Below are positions 12,026 through 23,680 of a stretch of 64,000 nucleotides of DNA, one piece after another (the stretch's first letter is position 1; every line of letters begins with the position of its first letter). Origin of the DNA: Hemiscyllium ocellatum (lineage: Eukaryota); contig NC_083420.1 in NCBI RefSeq assembly GCF_020745735.1, forward strand, positions 24,118,001-24,182,000. Reading direction: 5' to 3'. A program made the position numbers and the translations under genes. Under the pieces are notes generated by a model. The model did no database searches, was not told the DNA's origin, and saw only the letters and a program-made list of their open reading frames with translations.

Positions 12026-15000
12026 GTAAGTTGTGAGATGATCCAGAGTTTAAACAAGTCTTTACTGTGGATACACTGAATCAGGCGCGTCAATTAGAAC
12101 CACACATCTCGCCGAGAGTGAGTTGGGTGAAAACTGGAAGCTGAGTTCTTTCTTCGGGTCACCCGGCCGGTTTAAGATTTAGCCCAGTGTTCCTTGCAAT
12201 GTTCTGTTGAATGCTCTTGAGTTTGACTTGTGAGCAGCGAGAGTGAGCAATGTCACCAACCTGGTTGGATTTGTCAATGTGTAAACCCAGTCATTGTGTC
12301 GCTCTGTGATGAGCTGAACGACCCCGCCCTCTGGTTTTAGGTTAAATCTGCCCTCAGAATTAAAAAAAACACTTGAAAGAGAACGTTTGATAAAGCTCTT
12401 TCAAGGTGTGTAAGAGAGAGGCTTCCGGATCAACTGAGGAAGGGTCACAGCCGGACGTCGCTTTCTCCGCCTCCGGATGCTGCCTGACTTGCTGTGTTCT
12501 CTCAATCTCCTGCTTGGAGCATGCTCTCCGGCTGATTCATTCTGGCTTCAGTGGCACAGGGTTTAATGCATCTCAAATCTCAAATGGAAATAACCCCACG
12601 GTTGAGTGTCTGTCTCACTTGTTCCCCTTCCCGTTAATCTAACTCACATTTTCCTCAACATTTTCCTGTTGTAGAACTTCAGAGCCCTTCTATCGCTCTG
12701 AAGAGGCTGTGGAAACATTGGCGTCTCTGTTAGCTCCCCTGCGATTGAATGTTTTCATGTGATTTTCCTTCTTATAGAATGACAATAAAATGCTTTTGCA
12801 ACTAGCTTTTCGATGAAGGTACCAATCTTTATGGTTTGAGCCTGTCATCAGTTCGAAATGCAATAATTATGTCAATCACTGCCATAATATCATCCCTGTC
12901 TACTGCAACTATATATGTTAGGGCTTGGTCTCAAATGTTTTCTTCATTTTTTTTCTGTTATACTTTTGTTTTAAGTAAGGAGTGAATTTCATTAAGGGCC
13001 CATTAGTACAACGGAGTAACTGCTTTCACTCTGCGGCAACACTCACCCCTGTAGCAAGTGATCACATAATCTAGACTGTTGTCCAACAGAGTATTCGGGT
13101 TGCTGATGTTGGAGATTCTTTATTTCAGCTGGCACATCAAAGTGTGAGTCCCTGGGATCTTGCAGGTTGAGACAGTAGCTTCACCAGCAAGTAGGGAAGG
13201 GAGTGTCCTGAAGAACATTTATCATCACCAATAACTGATTCCCACTGATGTGCACAATTTGGCTGCCATACATAACAATGATTATACATAAGACATACTT
13301 CATCGATTGGAAGGAACTTTGTAATTGGAAGATGTTGTATCAATGAGATGACCCTTATGAGGCTTCTCCTCATCCTGTTACAAACAAGTCATCAAATGAC
13401 AAGTGGATGTTGTATTAATTATGTTTTGGTCTTAATTGAAATACTTCTTGTAATACACATTACAATCTTGGTTTATTCTAACACTATAATGGCAGGAAGC
13501 ACTAGTGTTGCCTCACATCCTGATTAAAAACCTGCATTTTAGAAAATGCTTTATGACCACTAAAATGAGGCTTACTTTTGTTTGATTACAGTTATTGAAA
13601 CAAAGTTTAGTCTGTGATCCTGTCAACTAGGAACTCCAGGACATAACTGAGCGGAGTTTTGAAAATCGTCAGGTGGGATATCCTCCTAAAGATTCAATGC
13701 TATTGGGTTGGGGTTAGCTGGGCCAGATCAGTGTCTTTGGACTAAGGGGGAAGAATACTTGTCAGCAGTCCCTCTTCTAATTACTGTTACATGCCTCTTT
13801 GGAAATTGCAGATTAACACTTCTGCTGCCTTACCTTTTTATTTTCTGCAGGGTAGTGTGACTGCTACAACAACATTTTTCCCTTTGGACACTGCAAGGAT
13901 TCGACTTCAAGGTAGGAGTTATAAATAAACATATTTACGGTGAGCCTAAAGTTGCTATCGTAAAATACACTATTTACATTATTTATTTATATGCACTATA
14001 GAATTAGAAAGCTATGTGCTGCAGTGTTGGTGAAATTTGAGGTTTTTATAATTTTGCTTATCTTAACATTTTTGATTAAAATATTCCAAAAAAATTTATT
14101 ATTCACAATAATAATTTGTGTTTTATATGGCTTTGACCATGTTGGAATGGTGCACCAAAGCTTTTTACATGTTTTTAGTATTAAATGGATACCAAGGTAG
14201 ACAGAGTTAAAGAGCGAGGCCAAGCAACCAATTTAAAAGAAAACAGAGGGAAGGTGTCAAGTGAAGAATTTCAGGAACAGCAGCAGGCCATTCGATTACT
14301 CCAGCCTGCTTTACTATTAAATTACATCATGGATGATCTATTTCTAACATTCTTGGTTTTGAAAACCTTAATAAGGTTATATATTTTTTTAAAAATAATT
14401 AATTAACCCAGGCTTCCTGTTTTGGGGTAGCTGAATTTCAGAATTTAGTTGGTATTCCTGATGGCAGGGCTGCAGTGAAATGAGGACTTTGGTCAATGAT
14501 TGAAGATTTGCAAATATGGTCATCGTGCTTAGAGGGCTTACCGAGATGACTGTATTATGCAGCATCATATGGGTGTTTGAAAGTGAAATGAGGATCTCAA
14601 CATGGATAGTGGGTTGAAAGAGTTAATTTCAGAAAAACAGATAAAGCTTTGATTCTTGTCCACATGTACCTGATTAATTATTTACGAAGGAGCTTTCTAG
14701 TTTCACTAATAAATTAAGTACATATCTACTTTTTTGCAACATTCCATTTGCTTCCTTGGCCATCTCTCAATCATAAGATTGATTTGGATGAAAGAGGTCC
14801 TTCAGTCCTTCTGATCTTATGTTTTTAAAACATTGGCCTTATCATCACCCCATGATACAATCTAGTTTTTGCTTAAACATTAGTCTGGCATCCTGGCCCT
14901 TCCTGCCCATCTGGAGGGCAAGACTCAATTCCTTGATTGCCATCAGAAACCAACACCACTACCTTTTATAATAAAATAAACATGGGCTGCCTAATGTAGA

Positions 15001-18000
15001 TAAGCTGTCAAATTGTGAATTAATATTCTGATGCTAAAGAGAAACTTGGACACCAGTGAATATAATGATATAAATGTACTTTTACTGAGTTTGGTGTAAT
15101 GATTTACAGGCGAGAGTGTGGTACTGGAAAAGCACAGCAGGTCAGGCAGCATCCAAGGAGCAGTAGAATCGACTTTTCAGGCAAGAGCCCTTCAAGGATG
15201 TAATGATTTATATCCTTGTGGAGCAGAGTGATTATGGGATGGAGGTGTTCCAATATTAAGCGAGTAAAATGAGCAATAGTTGTCTAATTTGAGTACATTT
15301 GTGACCAGTTATTTATATTGTTTTGTAATGTTAAAAGATTAACTTGTACTATCACTCTGGACATTAATGTAATATTAAAAGGGTTAAACTGTATTGTCTT
15401 TCTCCAAGAAGTTGAACATTCTGGAAGTGGGTGGGGGTGACATTCATGCAGGAATGTGGATGTCTCACACTTCGTTTGGGCAGCCATTTACCACTACTCT
15501 CCTACTATTATCAAATTAAACTCTCATCCAGTCCCTTCCATTCAGAAATGCTTTCATAGCCATCCCCCAAAGCTAGAAAATATCACACCAACATTGTCTT
15601 AGGGAATCTGTGAGTCAGGAAATCGTTTGCATAATGATTCCCCAGGATTAGGACATTTACATTATCTTCAAGGATGACCTCATCCTACCATTGTACCTGG
15701 GGTAACATGTGGTTATGGAGGGAGTGGCCAGTGTACCTGTGAGCATTACCAACTGACTTGTATAAAGGGGCTGTGTTTCCTTTGTTCCAGGCCTCTTTTG
15801 ACTTGACTTTGCATGCTTGCAAAGAGGGTCATCTAGCTTGTACAGACTTTAATAATCTTTAGCTGTTTGCAGACGTTGGTGTGTGCGAATTGCATTTTGT
15901 GTGTGAAACCTTGGGAAAAGAACCTAAAAGTTCATTAAAATTAATAACAACAACAATAATAATTCAGATTTCAACTGCCATCATTTTTCCTGTTTACTTT
16001 AGTTGATGAAAAACGTAAATCCAGCTCCACGCCTGTGATATTGGCGGAAATTGTGAAAGAGGAAGGATTGTGAGTATTACATGATTTTCAGCACAAACAT
16101 ACTCAACCCTACTGGTCCACCTTGGTGTTTATGTCCCCCACCACACGTCTTTAGCTTGGTTTCTTTTTCTTTTCCTTTCTCGCTTTTTGCTTATATAGGT
16201 TGGTTTAAAGACAGCTGATTTTTTAAGTGCTGTATTATTCAATATATTTGCTCTGTAAGTGATGCTTACCAGGCAATGTCTTGTACCAGAGTGCAACTGA
16301 TGATTACTGGAAATTTAGATTTCCAGAAAAAGTGATGTGTTCAAATATTTTGTATTAAGGTAATTCAAACAGATTTAATGACTTTTGTTAGTCATTCAAA
16401 GTAAAACAATGGGCCATCAGGCATTGGAGCAGAGCTGACGGGTTTTGCTGTTCAAGATCTGTAACCTTTATAAGACAGTCACATTTTCTGTAAGAAATAT
16501 GTGCAGAAAATTCCAAATCCCCTTTTTTCCTTCTTCTTGATGCTGGTTCACCTTCATAAATGGGTTCCATTTCAAAACAATAGAACTTTAATAGAATCAT
16601 TGAACTTAATAATTTTAAATAAAAAGAAATGAAGTAATGCATTTGCAGGTTTATTTGTTCTGCTCACTGTATTATGTTGCAAATTGAAATGTGTAATTTC
16701 CCAATTGTTTAGAAGCTATTAATTACTAAATACTTACTGGTGTGAATTGCTCAGAGAAATTCACAATGTCTGCACAGAATGCTGAAACTCTCTTTTCTGT
16801 TTCAGATCAGCTCTATACCGTGGATGGTTCCCTGTTATTTCTAGTGTTTGCTGTTCAAACTTTGTTTATTTCTACACATTCAACAGCCTGAAATCGATGC
16901 TGGTAAAGGGTAATGCTAGGGCCACGCCAGGCAAAGATCTGCTGATGGGTTGCATTGCAGGTAGAGAGTGCTTAATGGGATTGCAATGCCAAATATGGAT
17001 ATATGCAAAATTTGTTTGAATTGCTAAACTTTTAGATACTCCTGTGCTTGATTCCTGATTAGTTGGGAACTGTGATAGAATATCACTCTTGGAATTTGAG
17101 CTTTAGTTCCTTAATTGTAATGACAGACATTGATAAAATAAAGACAACCACAGTATCAACTTGTACTCCTATGGTGCCTTTAACAAAATAAAACATCCCA
17201 TTGTCCTTCAAAGGTGAGTTGTAAAATAAACTGACGCTGAGCCACAAATGAAATGTTAGGTCAGATGGTCAAAAACTTGTTGGTAAAAGTTAGTTTTAAA
17301 GAGTGTTTCAAAAAGAAAAGGGGGGGGGGTAAAAAAATTATAGAACACTCTCCGAATGTAGCTGAAGACATGGCAACACTGGAGCAATGGACATAGGACT
17401 GGAGGTAGTGACAGAAATGGGAGAAGAACATGGAGGAATTTGAAAACAAGGATGAGAATTTTCAATTTAGTATGTTGTTTAACCATCGTAGGTCAGTGAC
17501 GAGTGAAGAAGACTTTGTCCAAAGTTCTGCTGCTCAGTTCTTACTTTTCAGCCTTCAGAATTAGATTAGATTACTTACAGTGTGGAAACAGGCCCTTCGG
17601 CCCAACAAGTCCACACCGACCCGCATCCCACCCATACCCCTAGATATACCCCTTACCTAACACTACAGGCAATTTAGCATGGCCAATTCACCTGACCCGC
17701 ACATCTTTGGACTGTGGGAGGAAACCGGAGCACCCGGAGGAAACCCACGCAGACACGGGGAGAACGTGCAAACTCCACACAGTCAGTCGCCTGAGGCGGG
17801 AATTGAACCCAGGTCCCTGGCGCTGTGAGGCAGCAGTGCTAACCACTGTGCCACCGTGCCGCCCTTAATCCCAAATTTACAGAAGATAGAACAATAAAGG
17901 TAACTGCTATTTTGCACAACTTCACAACAGACTAAGCTGCTCTTTGTATTCCTGAAAGGACTATCCCAGCATTGGAACAGGTGTCAAAATGGTACAACAC

Positions 18001-21000
18001 ATTGTTCAAGTACAGACTTGCTTTCTTTTCAGAACAATGAGTCATTAGGTAGCCTGTGGGACTGAAGAGATTGAAAACAAAGGAATGTATAGACAGTGGG
18101 TACACTCAAAACCAGTAAAAGTGAAATTCTTGATCTTTGGAGTTGTGGCCTTGTCATTTATGTAATTGGGTAAGGCAATTATGAAGTAAGGGCTTTGCTG
18201 ACTTCCTGGTTGGTTTTATCTAGCATTGGAGGCGTTTAGCATTACAGATAAAGACTGTCTCAAATTCATGTTCTCATTCTGTTCTAAGTTAGCTGATCTC
18301 AGTTGGGTGCAGGCTTGTTCTTCTTACCTTGGTCCCGCCTTTTGAGGCAATAAAATAATCAGGATGCTTCTCCCTGACTCTCAGGCCTGCTTAATGTGCA
18401 TGTATGTGGAGAGTGCAGGAGAAAATAGATTAGGTTTAAAGAAAGGCCATAATGACTCAGGACAAATGCTCCTTTAATAATAAATCACCACCTCATGAAG
18501 TGGGGAATTCCTGCATGGACCTGAAGTTGGATTGAGGAAACAGAAGCTATTTAACAATTCAGATAGATTGGATGGTAAATGGAAAAGCAAATGGGGGGAG
18601 TGAAATTCCAAATGGAAATGAGATGCCAGGCATCCTTCAGCTTTTCAGGCATTACTGGCATTTATTGACCATCCCTAACATCCCTTGTAGACAGTAATGA
18701 GCCACTTCTTTGAACTGTCTCTGTCCATTTGGTATAGATACACTCCATACTATTGGGCCGAGAGATCAAGGTGGCTTAATAGACCATTTCAAAGGTCAAC
18801 AACATTGCTGTATTCTTGGAGTTGCACATAGGTCAGACCAAATAAGAACACTATTTTTATGACTACATATCTGATACTTTCATGGTCACTATTACTGATA
18901 CCATCTTTTTATTATAAATGTGTTTAATTGAATTTGTCTCCGAAATCATTAGTCTGAATCTCTGGATTACCAGTCACTAGAACATTAGCACTTTTATTAT
19001 AACTGATATTTTGCGGAGTATTTCTTAAAATAAATACTGAAGGTGATGGGGAGTCCTATTTTATAATAGTCTAAAAAAATAGTGTCTGCAAGGCAATGAA
19101 CTGACATAAATATAGGGAAGATATGTTTATATAATACCTTTTAATGTAGATAAATGTCAGTGCCAAAAAATCTTGTTCATTAAATTTTGTTTTATATTGG
19201 GAGTCAACATAATTTATTGTTGAATTATGGACCTAAATTGCCTCCTTGGGAAGCTGAATTGTATAGCAACATACCAACAAGTGTGCAAAAGCTGCCAGAT
19301 GGAGTATAATGCAAGAAAATTTGAGGTGATGCACTTTGGTAAGTAGTATCAAAATGCAGGCTATTATTTAAATGGTCAGAGAATCCAAAGATGTGCAGCA
19401 CTGAGGGACTCTGTATCCTTGTGCATGAAACAAAAACATTAGCATGCCGCCTTGGCAAGTAATTAAGTCAAATAGAATTTTTGCATTTATTACTAGAGGG
19501 TCAGAGTTTAAAAATAGGAAAGTCCTGTTTCTACAGGGCATCAGTGAGGCTGCATACAGTTTTGCTTTCCATATTGAAGAAAGGATGTATTGGAGACAGT
19601 CTTAGAAGATTCATTAGGCTGACTCCTAGAATTAAGGGGTTGACTTGTCAAAAATGTCTAAACAGGTTAAGCCTTGAAGTAGAATTTAGAAGAATAAGGG
19701 CTAATCTTATTGAAACATCCATTATTCTGAGGGGGCTTGACAGGGTAGGTATTGAGAAGATGTTTGCACTAGTAGCTCAAACTAGAACACTCATTTATAA
19801 ATGAGATGCAAAGGAATTTCTTCTGAGGATAGTGAATGCCCAGAAATCTCTACACGAAAGAGTTGTGCAGGTTACATCAGAAAGTATTTAAAGACAGATG
19901 TTTGAAATATCAAGGAGTTGAGGGCTCTGAGGAGCTGGCATGAAATAAGAGTTGAGGCCTGGGGCAGATCAGACATTATTTTACAGAATGGCCCACTCCT
20001 GATCCTATTGCTTATCATCTTATGACATAGCAAAGAAAGGAAACAATACAATTGTTTGCTCGTTTAATCTATTTTGAAATTAACTCTCAACATTGTCTAA
20101 ATTAAAACAGTCATCAAAATTGACTCTTGTTTAATAGAAAAAGTCCATTCCTGTAAATGCAAACTATGTACATTAGCATACAATGACCAACCTGCACTTA
20201 TTGAAGGACTGTCAAATAAGGACATTTTGAAACCATACATTTTGTTTCATCAGGTGCTACTAATGTTTTCCTAACGACACCAATGTGGGTAGTCAACACA
20301 CGATTGAAGCTGCAAGGAGCAAAGTTTAGAAAGGAGGATATCTATAAGACTGAGTACAAAGGTATTCTTGGTGAGTCTTCCAACTGTTAAATGAACTGTC
20401 TTCAAGAGCTAATTTCTGCATTAGCATTTAGAAATACAAAGAACAATAAGTACTGAGTTACTTAAAAAGAGGATGCGCATGTATGTTAGGTACAAAAAGG
20501 AAATGGAACCATTCGCTGTTAAATTGTCAGATTCATGAAAGGAAGCGAGTGTAATGGTCTAGAATTTGATCTGTAAAAATTAAGAAACATTGAAGTTGGG
20601 ACTCTCATACCCTCCCAAACCATCGTTCAATGCTATATGAAAATTCTTTCACATTGATCACACTCTGGAAACTAGTCAGAATATGCAATTTTGTCTTCAA
20701 AGCTTTTCCTCATTTTCAGTAGAACTTTCATTCTGGTTAGACAGAGTAGAATAAATAACAGTAGCTTATAGTCAGTTTTTGCTTTTGGAAAGGAAAAAAT
20801 TACAACCAATTGTTTTTGGTATAATTTATTGTCGTTAATCCACCTTCCACTACCAAAGTTATGGCTCACAGCCTGCCCAAAATTCCTTGTGATGAGGTGG
20901 CAGAGAGTTTTTGTGATTCTGTCCTTTTTCCTTACTACAGACACTGTTGCTAGTTATCCCTGATTGGGACTGAGAACAGTGTAGACAACTCAATGAGAAT

Positions 21001-22743
21001 GTAACACTAAAAACGGCTTAGCTAAAGATAGTACATTTCAAATATTAAAATACCCGGTAAATAACTTTGTTTAAAAAGAGTAATATTTACAGCATTTAAC
21101 TAAGGGATGGAATAACACAAGGGTTGTTGTTGGGTAGATGGTGGTGGAGGGGACAGCACTCCAAGTGACCCTCACCCATCAATACGGTAAATCTGGGTGC
21201 TGTTTTCCTTCTCTTTGGTTTAGTTGAATTCTAAGCTGACAATCCAAATTAGTATTAACCTTGGGTTAAGTCCTCTTGTAATTGTGTGTATTAGGGGAAG
21301 TGGGCACACTAGTACAAGTCTTTGAAATAATGAAGGATTTCTTTGAGTTAACAGTGTACAGTATCTATCTTTTGGGGGGGTATAGCAAAACTGGTGACTA
21401 TCAACAAAAGATAGTTCAGAAATCAAATAGAGAATTCCAGAAAAACTTCTTTACCCAGACAATAGTAAGAATATGGAACACGTTGTGATAAGGAGTGGTT
21501 GGGGAAAATTGTACAGGCACTTTAAAGGGGAACATAATAAACAGAGGGAGAAAGGAATAGAAGCCAAAGGTAAGTATTAAATGAGGAAGGATGGAAAGAG
21601 CCTTGAGTAACGAAAAAATACCAGCATGGATTGGTTGATCTGTCTATGCCATATGACCTCTGTAGAATTCAATGTTGAAGATATCTTCACTACATGGCAT
21701 GGTGTAGCTGTGCCTTACTGAGGAAGATTACTGGCTATTTGGGGATGGGGTTGGGAGGAGGTTGTAATAAAAGTGTGGTGGGTATGTTGGAGCAATAGTG
21801 TGGTCAAATTTAACTGTATCTTTCTCTTCAGATGCTTTCCAGCAGATCATCACAAATGAAGGTGTGGGAACCCTCTGGAATGGGATCCTACCATCCCTTA
21901 TCTTGGTCTGTAATCCTGGAATCCAGTTCATGTTTTATGAGGGTTTGAAAAGGAAAGCAGGCAAAGCAGGGAGACGGGTAAGTGCAGGGGGTTTATCACT
22001 TTCCAGTTTGTGGTCTTGTTGTTTGAGCAGTTGTGTTTCATTAACAGAATCATAGTTAAGGTTTCCTTCTTTGAACTAATTTTAATCTTTCTTGCATTTA
22101 AAGACATGTTCTTTTGAAATTCTGCTGGTTAATAACAACAGAAAACCTTTACCAGATGTGATTAATCTCTCTGCAGATACCATCCTGGGAAATATTTATG
22201 ATTGGAGCCATAGCAAAAGCGATTGCCACAACAGTGACCTACCCTTTGCAGATTGTGCAGGCTATACTACGGGTATGGACAGCAAATAATGGGGTCATAT
22301 ATTCAGCAGTTATACGAATGTATTTTTTTTTAGCTTTATCTCCCCTCTTTCTTTTGCAGTTTGAACCAAATAAAAGGAAGTCACAAAGTACATTTCAGGA
22401 GAGTGCCCATAAGGTTATTAGTCTGATATCTGAAAGACTAAAGTAAGAGTCAGCCTAAGACATTAATCTGATTTACAGCATTTATTTTTACACTGATCTT
22501 TCTCAAGTTATTAACCACTTCAAACACAGTCTCTAATTTTCCATAAATTTCATACAATTAACATTTTTAAGATCGATTTTTCTTCTTGTTAACAGAAAAG
22601 ATGGTTTCCCAGGACTTTACAAAGGTCTTGAAGCCAAACTTCTTCAAACTGTTTGTACTGCTGCTCTAATGTTCCTGGTCTACGAGAGGATTGCAGGGAT
22701 TACCTTCAAAATCATGGGATTATCTAAAATGGCCAAACACTAA
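11957..22743 (+). CDS. SLC25A17: Peroxisomal membrane carrier PMP34 (SLC25A17 family, possibly the fish slc25a17-like paralog), whole gene model, 313 aa
   Basis: join(11957..12025, 13851..13911, 16003..16069, 16806..16960, 20254..20370, 21832..21977, 22177..22272, 22360..22442, 22596..22743) = 942 nt. All introns are GT-AG. Three carrier-signature motifs: [30 protein letters not shown]. Confidence 0.92.
12430..12510 (+). mobile_element. Short Penelope-associated repeat with a degenerate hammerhead-like core
   Basis: CTGAGGAAGGGTCACAGCCGGACGTC followed by GGATGCTGCCTGACTTGCTG, shared with the copies at 15107, 29417 and 47592. Confidence 0.55.
13851..13911 (+). CDS. SLC25A17: SLC25A17 exon 2
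   Basis: ttttctgcag|[20 protein letters not shown]|gtagga. Confidence 0.92.
15107..15198 (-). mobile_element. 92-bp non-autonomous Penelope-associated element with a 12-bp TSD
   Basis: Flanked by TGTAATGATTTA at 15095-15106 and 15199-15210; body homologous to 29417-29598. Confidence 0.75.
16003..16069 (+). CDS. SLC25A17: SLC25A17 exon 3
   Basis: tactttag|(V)[21 protein letters not shown](L)|gtgagt. Confidence 0.92.
16806..16960 (+). CDS. SLC25A17: SLC25A17 exon 4
   Basis: tgtttcag|[39 protein letters not shown]|gtagag. Confidence 0.92.
17150..17520 (-). mobile_element. L2-like LINE 3' fragment
   Basis: ORF 17256-17486 ([20 protein letters not shown]); homologous to the copy at 59850-60680. 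Confidence 0.6.
17561..17864 (-). mobile_element. Full-length tRNA-derived V-SINE (HE1-like)
   Basis: On the minus strand: A box TGGCACAGTGG, B box GGTTCAATTCC, V-domain TGTGTGGAGTTTGCACGTTCTCCCCGTGTCTGCGTGGGTTTCCTCCGGGTGCTCCGGTTTCCTCCCACA, CR1-like tail ending in (TCTAA)n. Confidence 0.92.
19280..20030 (+). mobile_element. Old CR1 LINE fragment
   Basis: ORF 19481-19804 ([33 protein letters not shown]). Confidence 0.7.
20254..20370 (+). CDS. SLC25A17: SLC25A17 exon 5
   Basis: catcag|(G)[38 protein letters not shown]|gtgagt. Confidence 0.93.
21832..21977 (+). CDS. SLC25A17: SLC25A17 exon 6
   Basis: ctcttcag|(D)[48 protein letters not shown]|gtaagt. Confidence 0.93.
22177..22272 (+). CDS. 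SLC25A17: SLC25A17 exon 7
   Basis: ctctgcag|[32 protein letters not shown]|gtatgg. Confidence 0.92.
22360..22442 (+). CDS. SLC25A17: SLC25A17 exon 8
   Basis: cttttgcag|[27 protein letters not shown](K)|gtaaga; 83 nt, keeps phase. Confidence 0.85.
22596..22743 (+). CDS. SLC25A17: SLC25A17 exon 9 (last coding exon)
   Basis: gttaacag|[48 protein letters not shown]. Confidence 0.93.
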
Positions 22744-23379
22744 ATCAACAATTTAAAATGCTGACCTGTGAGCTGCAGGGAGACCATTGCACAACTGGTA
22801 GTAAGGCTGGGTAACATCACCTTGTTTCTTGAAATGATGTGTTAACAATAGAGAAAACTGCACAATTAAATTATAAGCCATTATATTTAGTTTGCAAAGC
22901 CATTGCAAGATTGTGAAACACAAATACTGAAAGCTCAAAGTACTTTCAAAGACAGAATGATCTATACTGCAGTCATGAGGCTAATTTACATTTTACCCAG
23001 GGCAACAAGGCTGGAAGAATGGAGGAACTCTGTTTGTATACAGGACAAAACTTGGTTGTGGGTGTTGGGTGAAAAAGTGTGCACTTTAAGATGATGTTTC
23101 CAGTCAGAATGAATGTAATTTGTGACACTGGCTCTGTATTTCTAAGTTACATTTTTGTTACATGTCTCTGGAGGTAGTGCAACCCAGTGACTGAAATGGA
23201 GTTGTAGTGAAGAACTTCCATGGAGTGCTAGTTTCCAGTGTTAAGGTGGATATTGTTAATAAAAGGGGAATGAATAAAGCATGCTGGCTCCCAGCTCGGA
23301 GGCGCTTGATTGTTACTGTACGTAGACTACTATTTCCACAAATTAGAGAAGTTATCTATGGAAGTTGTACATTATTGAA

Positions 23380-23437
23380 ATTAAATAAATAAGTGTTTCC
23401 ATGGCTGGGGAAGATTGTGTGTTTTAAAACTTTTATT
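23380..23437. terminator. Convergent poly(A) signals of SLC25A17 (+) and DXO (-)
   Basis: Plus-strand ATTAAA/AATAAA at 23380-23389 with downstream TTGTGTGTTTT; minus-strand AATAAA at 23432-23437. Confidence 0.6.
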
Positions 23438-23544
23438 ACCAAGTTTATGTACATTGTTTCAAGTATCACTTTGTACAGAATTGTAAATTACAGGGTAGCA
23501 ATTCAGTATCACATTTCCTTTGAATCAGATCATAATACTGTTCT

Positions 23545-23680
23545 TCACTTAGCGTTATGTTCACCTTTTTGTACAATCATATTTTCTACATACCAGTCTG
23601 GTAGGAAAGCATATGTGCGGTCTGTGTGCACTGTATAGGAAATATCTTTACCAGGTTCCCAGGAGAAAAGGGTCACCATC
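23545..23680 (-). CDS. DXO: DXO last coding exon
   Basis: ttgttttag|(Q)[44 protein letters not shown]. Confidence 0.9.

Noticed and set aside
17790-17864. tRNA-like A and B boxes (also at 25236 and ~25700)
   Set aside because: These are SINE heads continuous with the V-domain and LINE-derived tail, not tRNA genes.
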